DNA of 64,000 nt, from contig CALWNP010000011.1 in assembly GCA_944382835.1 (NCBI GenBank), positions 535-64,534 on the forward strand. The letters run 5' to 3'. Numbering within the stretch: position 1 is the first letter of the stretch; every line of letters starts with the position of its first letter. This document shows positions 55,668-64,000 of this stretch, piece after piece. This DNA is from an uncultured Gemmiger sp. (GTDB taxonomy: Bacteria > Bacillota > Clostridia > Oscillospirales > Ruminococcaceae). Below the pieces are notes generated by a model. It was not told where the DNA came from. It ran no database searches and saw only the letters and a program-made list of their open reading frames with translations. Made by a program: the position numbers and the translations under genes.

Positions 55668-56153
55668 ATGGCAAGCAATGCGCAGCCTCCGTTTTGGGGC
55701 AAGATACTTCGCAGCGGGGCACAGGGCCCGGATGTGGCTCTGGTCCAGACCTGGCTCAACGGCATCCGCACCCGCTGGGGTGTGATCCGCAAACTGAAGG
55801 TGGATGGCCGATACGGCTCTTCCACCGCCACTGCGGTCAAGACCTTCCAGCGGCTGGACGGCATCCGGGATGATGGGGCGGTGGGCCTGACCACCTGGGA
55901 TCGGTTGTATACCGATTTCGCGGCTCTGAACGGGGAAGGGGTCGTCTGGTTCGGGATCACGATCCAGCGGGGCAACACCGGTGCCACAGTGCAGAGCGCC
56001 CAGCGGCGGTTGAAAAACCTGGTGCCGGATCTGGAAACAGACGGGGATTACGGCCCGCAGACCGAGGAAGCGGTGCGTGCGTTTCAGACCGTCAATGGGC
56101 TGACGGTGGACGGAAAACTGGGCCAGGATACCTGGAAAGTCCTGTATGCCTGA
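55668..56153 (+). CDS. protein of two PG_binding_1 domains, no signal peptide
   Basis: LRSGAQGPDV..VQ..L...VDG.YG..T..AV..FQ...G...DG.VG..TW pattern occurs twice. Confidence 0.88.
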   Translation: MASNAQPPFWGKILRSGAQGPDVALVQTWLNGIRTRWGVIRKLKVDGRYGSSTATAVKTFQRLDGIRDDGAVGLTTWDRLYTDFAALNGEGVVWFGITIQRGNTGATVQSAQRRLKNLVPDLETDGDYGPQTEEAVRAFQTVNGLTVDGKLGQDTWKVLYA

Positions 56154-56252
56154 TCGGTAAGCTGCCCTCCTGCTTTTGTGAAACTTCTGCGCAAAAGCGG
56201 GAGGGTTTTCCGTTGCTGCGCTCTTTTTCCCTTTTCCATCTTCTGCTTTTCG

Positions 56253-56281
56253 TTGACAAGGTTGTAAGAAAGTTGTAAACT
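56253..56281 (+). promoter_or_regulatory. sigma-A promoter with internal WalR-like direct repeat
   Basis: TTGACA-N17-TAAACT; TGTAAG-N5-TGTAAA at 56263-56279. Confidence 0.7.
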
Positions 56282-56345
56282 ATAGAAAGTTCGCGCAGAT
56301 AGCAAGCCGCGCGGAAAATTTCTTGGAAGGGATGTGCGCTCCGGT

Positions 56346-57587
56346 ATGCACAAACGGCTTGCCGCTTTGTTGTTGATTTTTTGCCTGCTCTTTACCATGG
56401 CGCCCGCCGCGTTTGCGGCAACCGATCTGCGCAGCGTGGATGGTCTGTATGCCAAACAGCAGACGGCTTCCACCTGTACCCTGGCCTCGGCTGCGATGAT
56501 GATGCGTCGCCGTGCCTATCTGGATGGAATCGAGGATTGGGATTCCATCACCGAAAGCAGCCTGCGCCGTGTGGCGTGGAGCTATGTGGGACTTTCCCAT
56601 GAATTTACCGCAAAGGGAATCACTGTACAGCATGGGGACTTTACATCAGACACTTCGGTGGAAAACCAGCTGATCACCCTGCTGAAACAGCACCCCGAGG
56701 GGATTGTGGTCTATGACCGCAAGGTGCCCCATGCAATTCTGGTCACCGATTACACCGACGGACAGTTCTACTGTGCCGATCCGTCCAGTGTGGTGGCAGC
56801 GGGACGGATTCCGGCCTCCCAGGCCACCATCTCCATCTCCAAAGCCCAGTATTACTGGTATGTGGCGGCGGATACAAACCGCCCCATCGGCGTCAGCGGA
56901 ACCCTGACCGCCACCGAGCTGGTCTATCCCGCCCGGCTGGGAATGGGCAGCGATTTTGACTTTGCCGGCAAGCTGACTTCGCCGGGCAACATCACCAACG
57001 TGCGCATTACCCTGCAAAATGACAGCGGCAATGTGGCGGCGGATGCCACCGCCCAGCCCAACGCGCCGGAGTATGATCTCAGCGGCATCAACGACCAGCT
57101 GGATCTGAGCAGCCTGAATGTGGGCAACTACACCATGCAGCTCACCGCGGATGATGAGTACGGTGCCCGGATCTGCCTGCGCAAGCAGGTGCTGGTGATG
57201 AAAGGGGACACCACCTCGGGGGTGTACAGCGGCAAGGCGCCGGAGCTGAACAACATCAACGCCGTCAACCTGGTGGAAACCGGCTTTGACGTGGAATGTG
57301 AGGCTACCGATGAGGATGGCACCAACCTGTCTGTGGTCTACTCGGCCTGGGCAGACGGCAAGCAGTTCACCATCAGCCAGATTGCCCAGCGCAACGGCGA
57401 CACCTATACCACCCACATCGATGCCAATGCGTCGCTTCTGGGCATCGACAGCTTCCTGATCAACATTACCGTGATGGATTCCGACGGCAACTCGGCCCGC
57501 GGTGCCTTGCTGGTCAAGGTGGGCGTGGAGGAAGACGACAGCGCCACAACCGGCAGCAGCCTGGTGGCTGATCAAAAAGTCATGTAA
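56346..57587 (+). CDS. secreted protein with papain-like (C39-like) domain and Ig-like domains
   Basis: Signal peptide ending AFA; Q-x(4)-C (QQTASTC), HAILV, ADP triad; beta-rich C-terminal domains. Confidence 0.7.
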   Translation: MHKRLAALLLIFCLLFTMAPAAFAATDLRSVDGLYAKQQTASTCTLASAAMMMRRRAYLDGIEDWDSITESSLRRVAWSYVGLSHEFTAKGITVQHGDFTSDTSVENQLITLLKQHPEGIVVYDRKVPHAILVTDYTDGQFYCADPSSVVAAGRIPASQATISISKAQYYWYVAADTNRPIGVSGTLTATELVYPARLGMGSDFDFAGKLTSPGNITNVRITLQNDSGNVAADATAQPNAPEYDLSGINDQLDLSSLNVGNYTMQLTADDEYGARICLRKQVLVMKGDTTSGVYSGKAPELNNINAVNLVETGFDVECEATDEDGTNLSVVYSAWADGKQFTISQIAQRNGDTYTTHIDANASLLGIDSFLINITVMDSDGNSARGALLVKVGVEEDDSATTGSSLVADQKVM

Positions 57588-57599
57588 TCTACCGTTCAG

Positions 57600-57637
57600 C
57601 ACCCGGTCGGGACATTTGCCCGGCCGGGTGTTTTTCT
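57600..57637 (+). terminator. intrinsic terminator
   Basis: CACCCGGTCGGG-acatttg-CCCGGCCGGGTG followed by TTTTTCT. Confidence 0.85.
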
Positions 57638-57704
57638 GCGGTTTCTTGACCGTCGGCTTTGTTGTATGGTAGGATGTGGAAAGAATCCCGAAAGGAGAAC
57701 GCCC

Positions 57705-58241
57705 ATGGGTGTATTATATTTTACCCGCCACGGCCAGACCATCTGGAATGTGGAAAACAAGATCTGTGGTGCCACCGACATTGCCCTTACCGACCTGGGA
57801 CACTGCCAGGCCGAGGCACTGGGCCGGCGAATTGCTGAGGAGGGGGTGCCGATTGACGCCATTCTCTGTTCGCCCCTGATGCGGGCGGCCGATACCGCCC
57901 GGCACATTGCCGATGCCACCGGGCTGCCGCTGCGGGTGGAGGAACGGCTGCGGGAACAGAACTTCGGCCGGTTTGAGGGAACACCGCGGGATGGTGCCGC
58001 GTTCCGGGAGGCCAAGGCCTGTTTTGTCAGCCGGTTTGGCGGGGGTGAGTCCATGATGCAGGTCGCCCAGCGGATTTACAGCCTGCTGGATGAGCTGCGG
58101 GCCCAGCCGGATCGTACCTATCTGCTGGTGGCCCACAACGGCATCGCCCGGGTGGTTCACTCCTATTTCCACGAGATGACCAACGAGGAATACGCCGCCT
58201 TTGGCATTGACAACTGTGCTCTGATGCAATATACCTTCTAA
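57705..58241 (+). CDS. histidine phosphatase superfamily protein
   Basis: TRHGQT, SPL.RA..TA, LREQNFG.FEG, GGES, VAHNG. Confidence 0.92.
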   Translation: MGVLYFTRHGQTIWNVENKICGATDIALTDLGHCQAEALGRRIAEEGVPIDAILCSPLMRAADTARHIADATGLPLRVEERLREQNFGRFEGTPRDGAAFREAKACFVSRFGGGESMMQVAQRIYSLLDELRAQPDRTYLLVAHNGIARVVHSYFHEMTNEEYAAFGIDNCALMQYTF

Positions 58242-58242
58242 T

Positions 58243-58276
58243 CAAAAAGCCCCGCGCAGCTGCGCGGGGCTTTTTG
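58243..58276. terminator. perfect 34-bp palindrome, bidirectional terminator
   Basis: CAAAAAGCCCCGCGCAG|CTGCGCGGGGCTTTTTG between convergent genes. Confidence 0.9.
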
Positions 58277-58286
58277 CAGAAGGGAA

Positions 58287-59309
58287 TCAGTTGAGTTTCA
58301 TGCCGAAAAATTCCAGCTCGGGCCGCAGGACCTTCATCAGGTCGTCAAACTGATCGGGGGTCAGGCTCTGGGCGCCGTCGCTCTTGGCGCGGGCCGGATC
58401 GTTGTGGACCTCGATCATCAGCCCGTCGGCACCCACCGCCACCGCGGCCTTGGCCAGACTGGGCACCATGAAGGCAATGCCCGCCGCGTGGCTGGGGTCG
58501 ATGACCACCGGAAGGTGGGTCATCTTTTTCAGCATGGGCACAGCGGAAATGTCCAGGGTGTTGCGCATGCTGGTCTCGAAGGTGCGGATGCCCCGCTCAC
58601 ACAGGACCACGTTGGGGTTGCCCTCGGCCATGATGTACTCGGCGCTCATGACCAGCTCTTCGAGGGTGGAGGAGAGGCCGCGTTTGAGCAGCACCGGGAC
58701 ATTGGTACGGCCCACCGCCTTGAGCAGCTCAAAATTCTGCATGTTGCGGGCGCCAATCTGGATCATATCCACCTTTTTATCCAGAAAGAGGGGGATGTGC
58801 TCGTTGTTCATCAGCTCGGTGACGATGGGCTGTCCGGTTACGCTGCGGGCATGGTCCAACAGCTCCAGTCCTTCGGCCCGCAGCCCCTGGAAGCTGTACG
58901 GGCTGGTGCGCGGTTTGAAAGCACCGCCCCGCAGCAGCGAAGCACCTGCTGCCTTGACCCGCTGGGCCACCAGGGTGATCTGCTCCTCGCTCTCCACGCT
59001 GCAGGGGCCGGCCATGATGGCAAAATTGCCCCCGCCGATCTTGACCTTTCCGCCCACTTCTACCACCGTGTCATCGGGGTGGAACTTGCGGTTGGCCTTT
59101 TTGTAGGGCTCGGACACCCGGCGGCAGGTATCCACCACCGGGTTTGCCAGTACCCAGCTCTCACTCAGGGCCTTGGTGTCTCCGATCAGGCCGAGAATAT
59201 GGGTGTTCTGGCCCACCGAGTCGTTGATTTCAAAGCCCATATTGGTCAGCTCTTTGCAGAATGCCTGGACCTGCTGGGCAGGGGCGTTTTGTTTCAAAAC
59301 AATAATCAT
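58287..59309 (-). CDS. aroF: second DAHP synthase type I-beta
   Basis: AGPCSVE, KPRTSPYSFQG, QIGARNMQN, DPSH; N-terminal regulatory domain. Confidence 0.96.
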   Translation of the reverse strand: MIIVLKQNAPAQQVQAFCKELTNMGFEINDSVGQNTHILGLIGDTKALSESWVLANPVVDTCRRVSEPYKKANRKFHPDDTVVEVGGKVKIGGGNFAIMAGPCSVESEEQITLVAQRVKAAGASLLRGGAFKPRTSPYSFQGLRAEGLELLDHARSVTGQPIVTELMNNEHIPLFLDKKVDMIQIGARNMQNFELLKAVGRTNVPVLLKRGLSSTLEELVMSAEYIMAEGNPNVVLCERGIRTFETSMRNTLDISAVPMLKKMTHLPVVIDPSHAAGIAFMVPSLAKAAVAVGADGLMIEVHNDPARAKSDGAQSLTPDQFDDLMKVLRPELEFFGMKLN

Positions 59310-59360
59310 GATGGAATCCTCCTATAATGCAAACACCAACTGTGTCATTTCAGCAAGAAC

Positions 59361-59389
59361 AGTTTAGCGCATTAAATCACTAAAGTCAA
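59361..59389 (-). promoter_or_regulatory. sigma-A promoter with tandem TrpR/HisR(YerC)-like operator
   Basis: Minus strand TTGACT-N17-TAAACT; overlapping TTTA-N6-TAAA dyads fill the spacer. Confidence 0.7.
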
Positions 59390-59473
59390 CCCCTTTTGAC
59401 AATCTTTTTGCCCCGCACTATAATAGGGGCATCTTAGAGCGCCGGTCTGTCCGGCAGAGGAGTGGAAAGTACA

Positions 59474-59968
59474 ATGGGCAAAGAAGCAAAAACCAATGCC
59501 ATGCGGATGCTGGAGCGGGCCAAGGTCTCCTACACCGCGCACGAATATCCTCACGAGGAGGGGGCTGCCGTGGACGGTGCCTCGGTGGCCAAGCTGACCG
59601 GCCAGGACCCGGCCAAGGTGTTCAAGACGCTGGTGACCCAGGGGGCGGATCATGCCTACTACGTCTTTGTGGTGCCGGTTCTGGAGGAGCTGGATCTGAA
59701 AAAGGCGGCCAAATCGGTGGGGGTCAAGAGTGTGGCCATGATTCATGTGGCCGATATCAACAAGGTCACCGGATACATCCGGGGCGGTTGCAGCCCTGTG
59801 GGGATGAAAAAACAGTTTGTGACGGTCTTTGACGAGAGCTGTCTGGCCCAGTCCACCATCCTGGTCTCGGGCGGCCGCATCGGCACCCAGATCGAATGCG
59901 CTCCGCAGGACCTGATCAAGGTGACCCGGGGCAAGACCGCGGCCATCGCCGTGCAGGTGGCACAATGA
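59474..59968 (+). CDS. ybaK: Cys-tRNA(Pro) deacylase YbaK/EbsC
   Basis: KTNAMR.L, VFKTLV, TGYIRGGCSPVGMKK, VSGGRIG.QI. Confidence 0.95.
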   Translation: MGKEAKTNAMRMLERAKVSYTAHEYPHEEGAAVDGASVAKLTGQDPAKVFKTLVTQGADHAYYVFVVPVLEELDLKKAAKSVGVKSVAMIHVADINKVTGYIRGGCSPVGMKKQFVTVFDESCLAQSTILVSGGRIGTQIECAPQDLIKVTRGKTAAIAVQVAQ

Positions 59969-60693
59969 TGCGCCTGGACCGATATCTGGCCGAGCGGTTG
60001 GGGATCACCCGCAGCGACAGCCGGAAACTGATCACCAAGGGCCAGGTTATGGTAAATGGTGTCCTGTGCAAAAAGGCGGATACCCAGCTGGACGAGAATG
60101 CCGCCCAGGTCACGGCGGCGGGGCGGTCCCTGGGCGGGTACCAGAAATATGTCTACCTGATGCTCAACAAGCCCGAGGGGGTGGTCTCGGCCAGCCGGGA
60201 CCGGCGGGATACCACCGTCACCGACCTGGTCCGGGAGGACTTTCCCCGGCGGCAGCTTTTCCCGGCGGGACGGCTGGACAAGACCAGCACCGGCTTTGTG
60301 CTGCTCACCGACGACGGCGGCCTGGCCCATGATCTGCTGGCTCCCGGCCGCCATGTGCCCAAACGCTATCTGGTCACCCTGGATACCCCGCTGACCGAAA
60401 GGATGCGGGCCGGTTTCGCGGCAGGGGTGACCCTGGCCGACGGGACGCAGCTTGCCCCGGCGGGGGTGGAGGCGGTGGACCCTCGGGACCCCTGCCGGGT
60501 GCGGGTGGAACTGCGCCAGGGGGTCTATCACCAGATCAAACGGATGTTCGGCGTCTACGATGCCGGGGTCAATGCCCTGCACCGGGAGGCCATCGGCCCG
60601 GTGGAACTGGACCCTGCCCTGGCCCCCGGAGAATGGCGGGAACTGAGTGGGGAAGAGGTCTCGGCACTGAAGGAGGCAACTGGCAAAATTTGA
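59965..60693 (+). CDS. rsuA: RsuA-family pseudouridine synthase
   Basis: S4 domain MRLDRYL, LNKP.G, AGRLDKTSTG, V.K.Y, QGVYHQIKRMF. Confidence 0.9.
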   Translation: MMRLDRYLAERLGITRSDSRKLITKGQVMVNGVLCKKADTQLDENAAQVTAAGRSLGGYQKYVYLMLNKPEGVVSASRDRRDTTVTDLVREDFPRRQLFPAGRLDKTSTGFVLLTDDGGLAHDLLAPGRHVPKRYLVTLDTPLTERMRAGFAAGVTLADGTQLAPAGVEAVDPRDPCRVRVELRQGVYHQIKRMFGVYDAGVNALHREAIGPVELDPALAPGEWRELSGEEVSALKEATGKI

Positions 60694-60788
60694 GCGGCTT
60701 TTTCAAAAAGAACTTGATTCCGTTCAAAAATCGTTCAAAAACCTGTGATATCCTAATAGGGATGGCTGGGATCAAACCGGCCCAAGAC

Positions 60789-60817
60789 TTGCAAAAAATG
60801 CAAAAACACGGTACAAT
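60789..60817 (+). promoter_or_regulatory. sigma-A promoter
   Basis: TTGCAA-N17-TACAAT. Confidence 0.7.
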
Positions 60818-60868
60818 AAATTGATTATGACTTTATTACTTTGAGAGACCCTATCGGGAGGTTCACCC

Positions 60869-63787
60869 ATGAGAGTTGGCTTGGACATTGGATCCACCAC
60901 CATCAAATGCGTCGCGCTCAATGATGCCGACGAGATCATTTTTTCTACATATGAACGCCATTACAGCCATATTTTGGAAAAGGGGCGGGAGCTCCTGACC
61001 CATGTTGCCACCCAGGTCATCCCCGGCGGCAAGGCCAAGCTGGCCATCTCCGGCTCGGCCGGCATGGGCCTTGCGGACAGTTGCAAGGTCCCCTTTGTGC
61101 AGGAGGTTTTTGCCACCCGTGTGGCCGCCAATCGTCTGGCCCCGGGCACCGACTGCATCATCGAACTGGGCGGCGAGGACGCCAAAATTCTGTTTTTGAC
61201 CAACGGCACCGAGGTCCGGATGAACGGCAGCTGTGCCGGCGGTACCGGCGCCTTCATCGATCAGATGGCCACCCTGCTCAAGATGTCGGCCGATGAGATG
61301 GACAAGGCGGCCCAGAAGGCCACCCGGACCTACACCATCGCATCCCGCTGCGGTGTCTTTGCAAAAAGCGACATCCAGCCCCTGATCAACCAGGGCGCCC
61401 AGGCGGGGGATATTGCCGCCTCCATCTATCAGGCGGTGGTCAACCAGACCATTGCCGGTCTGGCCCAGGGCCGGCCCATTCAGGGCAAGATCCTCTATCT
61501 CGGCGGCCCGCTGACCTTCTCGGCCACCCTGCGCAAGAGCTTTGACAATACGCTGCACACCACCGGCACCTGCCCCGAAAACAGCCTGCTGTATGTGGCA
61601 CTGGGCGCAGCCTATTATGCCGACGAGACCTTTGACCTGGCGGATGTGGCCAACCGGCTGGAACAGTACAGCGCCACTGCTACCTACGCCAGCCAGCCGC
61701 CGTTGTTTGCCAACAAGCAGGAATATGAGGAATTTCATGCTCGCCATATGAAGGCTTCGGTGCCCTGTGTGCCCTTCTCGGCAGACTGCGGCCCGGTGCA
61801 CATCGGCATCGATTCCGGTTCCACCACCATCAAACTGGTGGTCATTGACCAGAATGACAACATCCTCTTCACCAGCTATCAGCCCAACCTGGGTAACCCA
61901 CTGCCCATCGTCCGCAAGACCCTGCTGGGCATCTACGAAAATCACCCCGAGCTGCAGGTGGCCAGTGTGACCACCACCGGCTACGGCGAGGAGCTGGTGA
62001 AGAACGCCTTCCACTGTGACCGTGGCCTGGTGGAGACGGTGGCCCATTTTACCGCGGCCCGGCATTTTATGCCCAACGTGGATTTCATCATCGACATCGG
62101 TGGCCAGGACATGAAGTGCTTCAAGATTGAGGACGGCGCCATCAGCAATATTTTCCTCAACGAGGCATGCTCCTCCGGCTGCGGCAGCTTTTTGCAGACC
62201 TTTGCCGAGGCCCTGGGCTACAATGTCAAGGAGTTCGCGGCGCTGGGCCTCTTTGCCGACCGCCCGGTGGACCTGGGCAGCCGCTGCACCGTCTTTATGA
62301 ACTCTTCGGTCAAGCAGGCCCAGAAGGACGGCGCCTCCATTGAGAACATCAGCGCCGGTCTGTCTATCTCGGTGGTCAAGAATGCCCTGTACAAGGTTAT
62401 CCGCGCCTCCAGCCCCGAGGAGCTGGGCCGCAACATTGTGGTGCAGGGCGGCACCTTCTACAACGAAGCGGTGCTGCGTGCCTTTGAGAAGGAAATGGGG
62501 GTGGAAGTCATCCGCCCCGACATCGCCGGCCTGATGGGCGCCTACGGTGCAGCTCTGTTCGGCAAGGCTCATGCCCGGCCCGGCAGCCACAGTACCCTGC
62601 TCAACCGGGAAGAACTGGAAAACTTCAGCCAGAAGGTCAACAACGTCCAGTGCAAGGGCTGCGGCAACCATTGCCAGCTGACCATCAACATCTTTGCCGA
62701 CGGCAAACGGTTTATTTCGGGCAACCGCTGCGACAAACCGGTGACCGGCAAGGCCAGCAACGAAGAACTGGACCTTTACGCCTACAAGCTGGATCTTTTG
62801 CTGGGCTACAAGCCCGGCCCTGCCACCCGGGGCACCATCGGCATTCCGCTGTGCCTGAACATGTACGAGCTGCTGCCCTTCTGGCACACCCTGTTCACCA
62901 AGCTGGGCTTTGCGGTCAAGGTCAGCCCGGTCTCCAACCGGGACATCTACCAGGAAGGACAGGCCACCATCCCCAGCGATACCGCCTGCTTCCCGGCCAA
63001 GCTCAGCCATGGCCACATTGCCGAGCTGGTCAAGATGGGGGTGGATGCCATCTTCTACCCCTGCATGAGCTACAACATTGATGAACACCTGGGCGATAAC
63101 CATTACAACTGCCCGGTGGTGGCCTACTATCCCGAGGTTCTGGCCGGCAACTGCCCCGAACTGGCCCACACCACCTTCATCTATGATTACCTGGACCTGG
63201 CCCGTCGGAAGGATTTCACCAAGAAATTCCCGGCCGTGCTGGACAAGTATTTCCCCGGCATGCCCAAACATGAGGTCAAACAGGCCATTGATGCGGCATA
63301 TGATGAGTATGCCCGTCACATGGCGCTGGTCCGTGCCCGGGGCGCCGAGATCATCGAAAAGGCCCGGCAGGAGCACCGCCGCATCATTGTGCTGGCCGGC
63401 CGTCCCTACCATGTGGACCCCGAGGTCAACCACGGCATTGACAAGCTGATCCTGCGCCAGGGGGCTGCGGTGGTTACCGAGGATTCGGTCAGCTATCTGG
63501 TGGACAAATTCCAGACCTCGGTCCTCAACCAGTGGACCTACCACAGCCGGCTGTACGCCGCGGCACGGTACTGCACCACCCAGAAGGATATGGACCTGGT
63601 TCAGCTGGTTTCCTTCGGCTGCGGTCTGGACGCCATCACCACCGATGAGACCCGGGAGATCCTGCAGGAGGGCGGCAAGCTGTACACCCAGCTCAAGATC
63701 GACGAGATCACCAACCTGGGCGCTGTCAACATCCGGCTGCGCAGTCTGTTTGCGGCGCTGGAGGAACAGGCCGAGGACAGAAAATAA
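60869..63787 (+). CDS. 2-hydroxyacyl-CoA dehydratase activase-related protein (two ASKHA domains plus DUF2229-like region)
   Basis: GLDIGSTTIK and GIDSGSTTIK; MNGSCAGGTG, SRCGVFAKSD, NEACSSGCGSF, SRCTVF; SFGCGLDA. Confidence 0.92.
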   Translation: MRVGLDIGSTTIKCVALNDADEIIFSTYERHYSHILEKGRELLTHVATQVIPGGKAKLAISGSAGMGLADSCKVPFVQEVFATRVAANRLAPGTDCIIELGGEDAKILFLTNGTEVRMNGSCAGGTGAFIDQMATLLKMSADEMDKAAQKATRTYTIASRCGVFAKSDIQPLINQGAQAGDIAASIYQAVVNQTIAGLAQGRPIQGKILYLGGPLTFSATLRKSFDNTLHTTGTCPENSLLYVALGAAYYADETFDLADVANRLEQYSATATYASQPPLFANKQEYEEFHARHMKASVPCVPFSADCGPVHIGIDSGSTTIKLVVIDQNDNILFTSYQPNLGNPLPIVRKTLLGIYENHPELQVASVTTTGYGEELVKNAFHCDRGLVETVAHFTAARHFMPNVDFIIDIGGQDMKCFKIEDGAISNIFLNEACSSGCGSFLQTFAEALGYNVKEFAALGLFADRPVDLGSRCTVFMNSSVKQAQKDGASIENISAGLSISVVKNALYKVIRASSPEELGRNIVVQGGTFYNEAVLRAFEKEMGVEVIRPDIAGLMGAYGAALFGKAHARPGSHSTLLNREELENFSQKVNNVQCKGCGNHCQLTINIFADGKRFISGNRCDKPVTGKASNEELDLYAYKLDLLLGYKPGPATRGTIGIPLCLNMYELLPFWHTLFTKLGFAVKVSPVSNRDIYQEGQATIPSDTACFPAKLSHGHIAELVKMGVDAIFYPCMSYNIDEHLGDNHYNCPVVAYYPEVLAGNCPELAHTTFIYDYLDLARRKDFTKKFPAVLDKYFPGMPKHEVKQAIDAAYDEYARHMALVRARGAEIIEKARQEHRRIIVLAGRPYHVDPEVNHGIDKLILRQGAAVVTEDSVSYLVDKFQTSVLNQWTYHSRLYAAARYCTTQKDMDLVQLVSFGCGLDAITTDETREILQEGGKLYTQLKIDEITNLGAVNIRLRSLFAALEEQAEDRK

Positions 63788-63814
63788 CCCAACCATTGCA
63801 AGCGAGGCATTTTT

Positions 63815-64000
63815 ATGGAGTATATGACCCCGAATTTCACCAAGGACATGATCCACACCCACAAGATCCTGATCCCCAACATGGCAGTGACCCAGTTCCG
63901 CCTGATGGAGGCGGCTCTGGCCTGCGAAGGCTATCAGGTGGAGGTGCTGGGCAACTGCGGCAGCCAGGTGGCACAGCTTGGCCTGAAATATGTCCATAAC
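63815..64000 (+). CDS. 2-hydroxyacyl-CoA dehydratase-like partner subunit (partial, runs off window)
   Basis: FTKDM...HKILIPNM...GY.VEVL...GLKYVHN resembles the C-terminal module of full-length activase fusions. Confidence 0.75.
   Translation, partial: MEYMTPNFTKDMIHTHKILIPNMAVTQFRLMEAALACEGYQVEVLGNCGSQVAQLGLKYVHN

Noticed and set aside
60863-63997. 1044-aa antisense ORF
   Set aside because: Mirror frame of the activase gene; composition typical of shadow ORFs. The same applies to most other overlapping ORFs in the track

Overview
GC-rich chromosomal window from a Clostridia-class Firmicute; an Oscillospiraceae-like gut anaerobe is my inference from gene content and sigma-A promoter and RBS style. 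I see no CRISPR array, IS element, integrase or prophage. Contents in order: cell-surface glycan genes (ugd, GT2, a small coiled-coil ORF, three GT4, a DPM/GtrB-like GT2), a PASTA-only protein, a minimal type IV pilus cluster (pilD-pilC-pilB plus four pilin-like genes), tRNA-Arg(ACG), a shikimate/Phe/Tyr operon (pheA-aroB-aroC-aroE/K-aroF-aroA-tyrA, no dehydroquinase), a WYL regulator, a large GT-C-like membrane protein, a second glycan locus (wcaJ-like, two GT4, GT2, glf), an rpe-rnfD/E/A-like-DUF1015-rlmA operon, a degenerate LCP protein, a PdxR-like regulator with an ECF S component, an SGNH protein, a CDF transporter, Rrf2, metQNI, a candidate 6S-like RNA, threonine aldolase, a fluoride riboswitch with an antiporter, several transporters, a second DAHP synthase, ybaK, a pseudouridine synthase and a 2-hydroxyacyl-CoA dehydratase activase. 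Two findings stand out. (1) An unannotated Met/Cys-codon leader peptide (MMMCMC core) with a matching terminator and antiterminator upstream of metQNI, which looks like ribosome-mediated attenuation sensing sulfur amino acids. (2) An RnfD/E/A-like membrane trio that appears to have lost the FMN-attachment Thr and three of four Fe-S cysteines and has no RnfB/C/G partners in its operon. All motif and family assignments were made by eye from memory, without database searches.
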